Positions 38,791 to 49,230 of a stretch of DNA of 64,000 bases are shown here, in pieces. The stretch covers positions 1,550,001 to 1,614,000 of the forward strand of contig CAJFCJ010000001.1 of NCBI GenBank assembly GCA_904063045.1, read 5' to 3'. Within the stretch, counting starts at the first letter, position 1, and each line of letters starts with the position of its first letter. The notes beneath the pieces were generated by a model. That model was not told the DNA's origin. It worked only from the letters and a program-made list of their open reading frames with translations, and searched no databases. The position numbers and the translations under genes are program-made. The stretch comes from Dimorphilus gyrociliatus (Eukaryota > Animalia > Annelida).

Positions 38791-41164
38791 TTATGCTAAC
38801 GAATAAGGTATTTTATATGGAGGCGGTGGAGTCGTTTTATCAACATTCGAATAGATAACGCTAGCACCACTCGCAGCTTCTTCAAAACCGTAAAATTGTG
38901 GTCTTATTTCGCTGTAAATGGACGATGCTATACCGTCATTCCCAGAGGATAAGTTTACATTATCCAGAGGGTATAAGGGTTTCCGGCTATTGGCTTTTGT
39001 GTCCACAATGACAGCAGAGCCATCTTCATCGGCGCAGACTACTCTATCCGACTGTAGCAAAGACAAAAAATATTTTATTTATATAAAATTCTGAACACTT
39101 TTCTGATTGCATTCATCATAGTTAGAATGATACAAAAATTCTTCTTCCTCCTCATAAACCTGTTAGATAACCATTTATCAATAATTTATCTTGGAAAATT
39201 TTAAAAACTTTCATCTAGAGGCGCATGCTTTTTTTTTTCCTCTCTTTTTTTTGTTATAAAAAATTTGCACTCCTATTCGATTAAAATAAGCAGTCGGATT
39301 AGGAGCTCTTTTTTTTTATTTAAAACATTTTGCGTAGGTTTAATATATAAAAATGACTTACATCATTGGTAATTGCTTTTTGAGGTTTCAGGTCTCGAGC
39401 AACTTTCTCCGATCTGTAGTAATAAGTACAAACATTTAATTTAACAACCTTCCTGTTTGTTAACCACAAACCCAATATCTTTTGCCATCTCTTTATTTTT
39501 TTCTTTTTCCTTTCTTCGGCATATTATCACAGTGATTACAACAAGAATAACAAGAATAGCCATTGTCACTCCAACAGCTATCCCAATTTGACTGCTTGCG
39601 CTAAGTCCACTGCTAGACTTGTCAGTGTTTTCTGAAATAAAGTGTTTAACTTGTTAATCACATCAAAAAAATGTATAAAGCTCTTTGTTAAGTTTTATAA
39701 TGAACTGTGTTACAAGCTGTCTTTAAGATAGAAGCCACACAAGCTACAACTAAATCTGCCGATGCTACCTAAGATAGCAGTTGACAACATGGTACTGGAC
39801 TCCATAGATTCTCCTATCGTGGTCCTTTCAACTGAAATTTCAATTATCTTATACTACGATTGCATTTCAATACAAAAAATTTCATTCTTAACTATTGTGT
39901 AGCTTAAGAATATGCATAGGCCTAAATATGATAATTTAGTAAACTTACCAAGTCGAATTTTTTCACTAAAAGAGCTACTCTTTTCTTTGGTTGTTCCATC
40001 ATAAAACATAACTGATACTGTACATGAGATAGTGATAGGGCTTTCAAGGTATGCTTCAAACTTCAACTCCCTCGATTGCAGTTTTTTAACAATTTGACTC
40101 TAATTTCATTCAATTTAAAAAATATTTTTATACTATAAGAAAGTGAATAATTTATTAATATCTTAATATCTTACTCCGTTGGTATATCTGATGATAAAGG
40201 TTATATTGACGATGTTAGGATTGGAGTCATATTTACATATAGCTCTGTCTTCGTCAATCTCTACTTTCACAGAATCATCCAAATCTGAAATTAAAAGTGG
40301 GCGTTAAGATATAATTTTTTAACATTATACTTAATGGATTATATTAAAGATTAACTTACACTCAACATTTAAATTCTTTTTACAGATGAATTTGCTAAAA
40401 GTTAGTTTTGGCTGTTTTTCGTCAATATATAAATTACGACCTGCAGTAGGTATAAGTTTGAAGTGATTTGATTCAATGGGTAAAATATTCTCATCTGGTT
40501 TATAATCAAATCTACATCTTAATTCTCTGCCTTGCATTGACCTATGCGCAATATTTGTAAGTTCATTAGTAACGAGACCACGTAATTTTACGTTGGGCGA
40601 GTTGAGATTTTCGTAAAATGGATCTGTTGTTGCACTATCAAGTTTCAAGCCTACATCACATATAATAGTTGGCGAGAAATGGGTAAAATGTATGGACAGT
40701 TTCAAGCCAACTGATTCCCCTTCTTTTACTGCTTCCTTAGCATCACATTTAAAATCCGCTGTTAGTTTAAAAAAAGACCTCTTGTTAAAAATGATTATCT
40801 TATTTATTATCTAAGTTATTGTTAACTTACATAAGGTAGCGAAGGCTGCTCTGTAGCTTTCTTCCTTGAAAGATTCTACACACTCAAAATAGGTATCGTC
40901 TTCGTATTCATCTGCTTTTTTTGTGTAAAAAGTTTCATCTCCAACGTTTCTGTAGTGTTCTGTGTACTCAGGCCCAATTTCATTTAACCAGAAAATTTTT
41001 TTTGATTCGTTTGTTTTTATCGCTTTATGTTTAACAGAGCAATTGAAGCTAAAATTCGAAATTTCTGGTGTCACAACGATATTCCTGGGCTTTACTATAT
41101 CCTGTGTCTGACTTGAGATAAAATAAGTTGAGAGTAACATAAAGATGAAGTGGGAGTTGATCAT
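38791..41164 (-). CDS. Three-Ig-domain type I transmembrane receptor with a Tyr-motif tail (IgB), about 509 aa; exons 41164-40831, 40758-40360, 40284-40175, 40099-39949, 39831-39769, 39631-39472, 39413-39362, 39051-38791
   Basis: Paralog of IgA (PRNIxVTPE, THFSP, KQPKL, CxYDSxP, SCxVxVxFYDG). TM IGIAVGVTMAILVILVVITVIIC followed by RRK. Tail contains SIYSEI, VIYSNV and PPPPY. Exon sum is 1530 nt, in frame. Confidence 0.82.
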
Positions 41165-41591
41165 ATTTGCCACATATATCCGCTTTTTCTCATATGACTA
41201 AATTTTGTTACACCTTTCCCGTAACGGCCATTTTATAAAGTTTTCATGCATCAGCACCATCTAGTGTGAAATTAGCTACCCCACGGCCCTTTATAGATGG
41301 CGTTTTTTTAGTTATATCACTGTAGTTATTCAAGTGAATGTCTGACTAATCTTACTAAAGCCATCACGGAAAAATCATGACAGATAGTGACTGTGTCATT
41401 TATATAAAAAATAAATAAAATATACATAAAATATACAAAAAGTTTAAAGCAAAAATAAAAACAAACAAATACCTACGCCGTTGCGTGGGTTTGAAAATGT
41501 TAACTCGAAAACTTATTGTCTAAACTTATCACGTTTTGACACTGATAGCGATGGTAATTAACTCAATAATATTGTTTTTCAGAGTATCACT

Positions 41592-41727
41592 GTGCTAGAT
41601 ATTGATGCGTTTGATGGAGTATGCTCGCTTAATTGACTGTCTGCTGCAAACAAGTCGTCGAATTAGACTGTTACCATTTTCTTTTGACAAAGAAGTACCA
41701 TTAACAAAGCTGTCTCGAACAGGGATA
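41592..41727 (-). pseudogene. Frameshifted partial duplicate of the terminal exon of the Pnkp-like gene
   Basis: Nucleotide similarity to 42871-43010 (attgatgcgtttgatggagtat vs attgatgcatttgatggagtat). Peptide similarity (VRDSFV..TS.SK.N, then DD.F..DS.LS..TPSNASI.ST.IL) is split across two frames. Confidence 0.7.
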
Positions 41728-42773
41728 CTTTCAGAAATACTAGGTGTGCTTTTATCACGTTGTTTTCCATGATTTAGGGGCAGCACCGTCAAGAATCCTG
41801 TTAATTACTATTAAACCTGTATAGATGGCGTACGATCAAAAGAACAGTTACCCAATATGAGCACACCTATATGCTTTAAAGTGTGCATTTAGTGTTAACT
41901 TTGAACTTTTGAACATTCTAATTGTTGTTAGAGTAGTAAAATATTCAATTTTGCATGTTTGCTCCCACTTGAATGAGGTATCATTCTTGGGGAAGAGCCA
42001 ATCAATTTTTTTCGGTTTTTTAACTAGATTTAATTAAGAAACAACCGTGAATTTATAAGATAAATTAATGATCATGAACGTCGTTAAGTTGTCTGATCGA
42101 TAGAGCATTATAGTCAAGTACTGCTAAAGTCAGCAATGCAATGTTAAACAGTATAATATATCGTATAGTATTATAACTAGGACAATTTATACAGTACAGA
42201 GGAAATGGACGTTTCCGTTTAAGAATAATGAATAAACAAAAAGTGTCAATATGATTTTAGCAGGTAAAGTATACAGTGTAGTTGCGTAACATTACAATTA
42301 AGACAAGTAGGTTTATGAAATACTATCTATACTTTTAAATCATCAAAGTTAAGTTCATTAATTGTTATCCTATGAATAGTAAACACTATCTCTTACAATT
42401 GACACTTCGTTTTTCCCAAAGAAGCTTTGTCTTATTAATAACAATTGTAGTTGATCCCTGGATTTCTTTTAAAACAATTTCTAAATAAAACTAACTCCAT
42501 TCATAGGTTCAAGCTGGTATATAAGGTTGAACTACGGGCAATGAACTGAACTTTCAAATAGGAAATGGTATTTTGTCATAAGTCTTTTATTGAAACTTAA
42601 ATAGCTATTGATGATTCAAAAGAAAGTACATGTGCATAATTGTAGGCTTATAAATACACTTTTTTTCATCTAAATTTGATATATATACAGTATATAAGTA
42701 CTATTCAGTGTTTAAGTAATTTGAAAAGAGTCATGTTTTGGTCTTGAAATTAAATATATTTCTTATTTATTAG

Positions 42774-44920
42774 CTAGGAGAACATTTTCTCAAAGAACGC
42801 ATCAATATTGTCTGATGATGATGATGATATACTGGAAGATACTGGTACATTACTCGAAAGTAAAATTGTACTTGGTATTGATGCATTTGATGGAGTATTC
42901 TGCTGACTCAATGAACTGTCTTTTACAAATGAGTCATCTGATATTTTTAAGCTGCTGCTATTATCCTTTGATATAGAAGTTTCACTAACAAAACTATCTC
43001 GGACAGAGCCACTTGATTGGCGAACGCTTACTGATGATATTGAACTTTCCATAATTAAACTGTCAGGAACACTTAGTGGACTTTTAGTGCTTTTTGTTTT
43101 AGAGCTGGCAGTCTCCTCAACTAAGCTATCATTTGCCACTTCATCAAAAGTTGCCAATTTCATTCGTTTCCTTTTGCAGCTCCTGAAAGTATATTACTGC
43201 ATTTAATTGTACTCTATTTTGATTGCTAGAAGCATATTATAATAGTTTTAGAGACCTTGAAGTATTTAAATCCTCACTAGAAAATGATGAACTATCTTCT
43301 ACAAATGATCTTTTTGAAAATGAGGTATTCCTCAATTTTTTCAAAGAATCACTGTATTTCTTTGAGAATTCGCCGGAAATAAATTCCGGTTGACCAGTAA
43401 GTAAAATGCTTTTATGGCATTCAGTCACTATTCCTTTTCCAATTGATGTCTTTAAAAATAGCGATGGCTCTTCTTCTAACTCCTGATTACTTTGCTCATG
43501 GAGGGGTTTAGCGTATTGTATACTTTTCCAAAATTCTTGACCATTGGATCTTGCACAGCGACTTTGGATTACAAGCTGGAAGGATGGAAAAGTTTTAAGA
43601 TAATCAAATCATTACTCCTAGGCCAAAGTACTAACTGAATTGATGCTCTTTAAAACATCCTCAATCTATCATTTATAAAATATCAATATTACTAAAATTA
43701 TAAAGTAACAATTAGGATTTAAAACAAACCCTAATAGTTTTCATGCCAAGTTTGTGAGCCGCTTTTGAATGTTCAACAATTTTGTAAATGTATAAAGATG
43801 CATTGTGAGCTATATTCAAATACAATGAACAGCACATGTAGGCAATTGAATCTTGAACTTTATCCGTCAAAGATTTGTTCATTTTATCCTCAATGATATA
43901 AATAGCAGATGGCATCTAAGATAAATTATGTTTATTCTAAATAGTATTGAAATGTTAAAATTACTTGTTGAATCTTTGATGGGATTGAATCATTGTTAGT
44001 TGAATCTTTAATTAAACATAAAATTCCATTTGAATTCCTACTCAGCCAGAAGTTAATAGCATCAAGGAATAGATCTTCATCTCCATTCTCAATTAATAAG
44101 TCAATGATATTGTAATCGATAAATAATACGGGTATTACCCACTAAAAAAGTAAAGGTATATACTGTATATATATAGATATTTGTAATTAAATAATTACTT
44201 GATATACTGTACATATTGTTAAGGGTAGAACTTTTTCCTCCTGCTCTGAAAATTCTGTAGTTGATGGTTTATTGACATCTATAAGGGGAAAAATGACGGA
44301 AATTACTCCAAAATAGTTATTCTAAACACGTGTTCTTAATAGATTTATTTGTAGAATAAAAATGTCGGAAATTGCTAAACTTCAAACATTTTATTACCTG
44401 ATATCAAACCTGATTTGTGTCTATCAGATTGAATAAATTCTAAAAAATGCCTTATTCTTTCTTTTATATCTAATGATTGAGTTTTCCTGCATCCTTCGCA
44501 TGATAAGTAGGCTTGGTGTGCCCATCGAAGTTGTAAAAGACCGTTTTGAGGTTGAAAAATAATGCATTTGAAAACAATTGTTGACCTAATTTTGCGTTTT
44601 ATCAAATCTGTAAAAGACCTTCGTTCTGCTAACGTTAGATTCTCAGAATCAATAACTACTTTATTGTTCTTCTTTAGAATGTTTACACATTCTAGAATTC
44701 CTTGACGGAACGATGAGTCTGGATTCTTTAGAAAGTAATAATTGGGATCGAATCTTATAAAGTCTGATTTATCCTTTAAGTTATCTAGAAAATACCGAGT
44801 TTTTCCCTGTAATAGTCAACGGGTACTCAACAATACATAAAAATTTTAAGTGATTTAGACAAAACCTACACAATGTGGAGGACCAATAAAGAAAACGACC
44901 TCGAATTGTGAATTATCCAT
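42774..44920 (-). CDS. P-loop kinase (Pnkp/AAA_33-like) plus degenerate HAD-like domain plus Ser-rich tail, about 8 exons
   Basis: VVFFIGPPHC|GKT Walker A across intron 1; FIRFD; VVIDSENLTLAERRSF (cf. PNKP VAIDNTN..SR); KPSTTE; then PVLFIDYN...SLYI...HSKAAHKLGMKTI resembling HAD-IIIA N- and C-terminal motifs. Junctions are phase-consistent; AATAAA follows the stop. Confidence 0.65.
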
Positions 44921-45494
44921 AATTTCAACAAACTTTCAAAACACGTGCGAAGCGGGTTATAGAAATTTACAAACTAAATAGATGGCGCTTCTTGTACATT
45001 TCGGACTGAATGTTTTACATTCAATATTGAATTGAAAATATTCAAAGAACGATTAATACTAGTATTTTTTATTATTAAACTTTAACTGGAATCATACAAC
45101 GCATGAATAGCAAATAAATTTCAATGAATTATTAAAATATTTGATTATACTTTAAGCATACGAAAATGGCAGTAGCTCAGTCAGTTTACTTTTACTAGTT
45201 GCCCTGATTACCTTTTACAGTTGCTGGTGAAATTGGCTGCAGAGGATTATGCTTATTTAATACGTTATAAAACGTGCAAAGGAGCGTGATAATCTTTAGC
45301 AAAGTTAGAATAATTAGAAAAAGTTGCCTGGAAGAGAAAGCTCATTTCTTATCTGTATAGACTTAATTAAATATTTAACCTTCCATCTTCGTTCACATAA
45401 ACGATTTTATCATTGATATATCCATTAGAACAATTTAGCTATTATCATACATATATTCCACTGACTTCTATCCTAAAAAATTGAATTTTTGAAA

Positions 45495-45505
45495 TTCCCG
45501 CCAAT
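45495..45505. promoter_or_regulatory. E2F-like site TTCCCGCCAA in the divergent Pnkp-like/GALNT7 intergenic region
   Basis: Match to the E2F consensus TTTSSCGC-type motif; function unproven. Confidence 0.3.
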
Positions 45506-45833
45506 ATTTTGGAGGCGGATGTAACTGCTGCTAGAAACCATATCCGTGTTACTATCGAACGTGGAATTTTTTTGGAAATTGTCACCCTCTGCTTTGTGCT
45601 ATTATCTGGTACAACATCTCTGAATGTATACTAACAATTAAAAATCCCTGCAGATCATAGGATTAAAATTTATGTAATCAAAGGTGCAATTTTCTGAAGA
45701 CACCGATTTTTCTGAGTGATATTTAAAGATCTTTGAAAAAATTAGCTTTGTTTTGAGTACTAAAAGTAGCTTGAAACAGGAAATAATCTCTCGAAGTCTA
45801 TTCTTTTTTGTGTCTATGTGAATATTTGTTATA

Positions 45834-48800
45834 ATGAGGTTAACTCTGAGACTGTTACTTAAGGTGGTAGCAATTTTTGGTCTGTTATTGATTGTTCTAC
45901 CTCTCTGGCTAAATAGATTGGATAAGGATAATATTAAAAAAGAAGTTCATAGAAATAATATTGTAAGTTTCACAGTATTTCACATTGATGATAATAACAC
46001 GTGGTATTCTAAAAAAAAATCGATTTTAAATCTAATATAGGATTCCAAAGTCAACATTCCTGATTTGAAAATCAATCAGGACCAAGGAAACAACTTTAAT
46101 GAAGAAGATGGAGGTGCTCAATTACCTCCACCAGATAAGAGACAAGAAAACGTTCACAAACAAGAAGGTATTACAGACAATGAAGATTCTGCCCCAATTG
46201 GTTTTGAACCGGTTGTTTATGGGCCCAAGTCTGTGTTCAAAGATGGTATTATAGGAAACTATGAGCCAAAATTTGAGCCAAAAACAGGAGCTGGCGAAAT
46301 GGGAAAGCCTGTCTACATATCTATGTCTGAGAGATCAGAGGCAGACAGGTAAATGAGTTTCACTATGATGCATACATATCCAAACTGACAAAAACCGTTA
46401 AATTATTCATGTAGATAAAAGTAATTTATTAAAGTTCAGTATAGAAAACTGCGGTGATAAATAAAAGAAGGAGTTTTTATAAATCAATATATGCAAATGC
46501 TAAAAAAAAGACGATAATCACATAAACTTTGTAAGAAGCGGATTTTCGATTATCGACTAAATACATTTATTTAGTTAGTTTGTTTATACATAAAGTACTA
46601 AGTAACTTGTCTTGTTAATAATTATTAAATAGAAATGTATTATTTATATACTTTTTAAACAGATCAATCAGTGAATTTGGATTTAATATGGTCGCAAGTG
46701 ATAAAATATCTATGAATCGAAACATACCTGATACTAGATTAGACGAATGCAAATACTGGCATTATCCCGAAACTTTACCAACTGCTTCAGTTATAATAGT
46801 TTTTCATAATGAAGGATGGTCTTCACTTTTACGAACAGTACACTCTGTTATTGATAACTCACCTCCTCAACTTCTTCACGAAGTTGTTATGGTTGATGAT
46901 TTCAGCAGCAAGGCTCATTTAGGACAAAAACTACAAGATTATATAGACACACAATTTAAAGGTTTAGTCAAACTGCACAGAAATAAAGAAAGATTAGGAC
47001 TCATAAGAACAAGAACTTTGGGAGCTAAATATTCTACCGGTGATGTTATTGTGTTTCTTGACGCTCATTGCGAGTGCAATAGAAACTGGCTGCCTCCTCT
47101 TCTTGCAAGAATTTCTTACGACAGGTTTGTTTCCACACTACTTTCGCAGTAGAAAAAAAATTTCAAATACTAGATTAACCATGTATTAAAACTTGAAATT
47201 TAATTATTTTAATTATTAAGTTGGAAATATTAAAATATTCCACAATAGACATATAATGACTGTACCTGTTATCGATGCCATACATTGGGATACTTTTCAA
47301 TATCACTCAAGTTATGCTGAAAATACGCACTTTAGAGGCATATTTGAATGGGGCTTCTTATATAAGGAAAGTCGAGTACCAGTCAAAGAACTATCTCGAC
47401 ACCAATACGCTAGCGAACCGTATTGGTGAGATAAATTACTACCCATTTATTCTCTTTCCTAATGAGTTTTTTCTTGGCGGCCTATTGCTTTTCTTAATCT
47501 TATTTTATCTATGAAGCAAATTTACGTGCGAGGTGAAGGGGATCTTTATTTAGTTTTGGTATTTATCTTTTTCAGAACCATTATGACTGTTCCTACCATA
47601 GATGGTATAGATTGGAATACATTTCGGTATTCTCCTGTTTATCAGGACGGGCAGCATTATAGAGGTATTTTTGAATGGGGATTTTTGTATAAGGAATCCT
47701 CTGTTCCGGATAAAGTTCTTAGGTCCAGAAAATACAATAGTGAGCCTTATCAGTGAGTGGTGATTGGATCCTCTTATAAACTAAAATTTTATAAACTTAA
47801 AAGTGTGCAAGCTGTTTATGATTCTCAGTTGTTGAAATGATAAGCGGAAAATATATTTAAAGTAATGTCCTAATAGCTTTCTAAATATTGTGCACATAAA
47901 CTGAAAATCAATTAAACAGCTTTTACACTTTTTAATATTCTGTTGTCGAATCGTCTATAAGAAATATTTTCTAAACTTCTAGGTCACCTACACATGCTGG
48001 AGGATTATTTGCAATTGATAGGAAGTATTTCTTTGAACTTGGAGCTTACGATCCAGGTCTTTTAATATGGGGAGGTGAAAATTTTGAATTATCTTTCAAA
48101 ATTTGGCAATGTGGTGGATCAATTGAATGGGTTCCTTGCTCAAGAGTTGGCCACGTATATCGAAATTCCATGCCCTATGGATTTGGCAATATAAATCCAC
48201 AAATTCCAATTATATTAATCAATTATATGAGAGTCGTAGAAGTTTGGTTAGACGACAAATACAAAGAATATTTTTATACAAGGTAAGAAACATTATAGGA
48301 AATAATTATTAACTTATAACAAGTTTTTATTTTTGTAGAGAACCAACTATTAGAGGTTATCCAATAGGTAATGTCACAGAACAAATAGAATTTAAGAAGA
48401 AGCACAAATGCAGATCTTTTGACTGGTTTATGAAAAATATCGCATACGAAGTGTTTGATCGATTTCCTCCCCTGCCACCAAACGTTGGTTGGGGGGAAAT
48501 TGCTCAGAGAGACTCACCAAATCCACAATGTTGGGACACACAAGGCCAACCACTGGGTGGTGGCGCTATTGGCGTTTCACCATGCCATCACTTGGGGGGC
48601 AATCAAATGTTCAGATTAAATGCTGAAGGACAAATAGGAGTTGGAGAGCGATGCATACGTGAAGCTGGTAATGTGCTACAATTGAATTATTGTCCTGTTC
48701 ACCCAACTGGTCCTTGGAAATGGGATAAGGAAACAGGATTAATCAGCCATACCGGTGGAAAATGTGTGGGATTTAGGGCACTTAAGCTTAAACTGGTAAC

Positions 48801-48867
48801 ATGTGACAAGGAAGACTCAACTCAACTTTGGATCATTAAAGAAATCAGAACGTGGACAAAAAATTAG
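45834..48867 (+). CDS. GALNT7: Polypeptide N-acetylgalactosaminyltransferase 7 (pgant7) ortholog; exons 45834-45962, 46041-46348, 46663-47124, [47249-47425 OR 47576-47752], 47983-48282, 48339-48867
   Basis: Type II anchor; FGFNMVASD; [12 protein letters not shown]; FLDAHCE (DxH); [11 protein letters not shown]; [18 protein letters not shown]; C-terminal ricin lectin. Closely resembles Drosophila Pgant7. Confidence 0.95.
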
Positions 48868-49230
48868 AAAAATGTTTCATACCAAATTAAATTGGTTATT
48901 GGGATCATCATTAACTTTAAACATTATGGACAAGTTATTTGACAAACTGACGATATTTTAGAACCTAATAAGCAAAAATAACTTACTTAAAGATCGATTT
49001 TTATTTATCTATATGAAAAGGTCACTTTTTAAAACGTTTGATGAAGCACTTGTTATCGGTGATTTGTTTTTTCTCCATACTATTTACTGATTGATAGTTT
49101 AGTAATCCTAAATTCTGAGAAATTGTTTTATAATTAATCTGTTTTTTGTTGAAATATCATGTCCAGGGTTATATTAGATATTTGAATATATTTATATCAA
49201 ATCTATAGAACAAAAACATATTATACTGTA

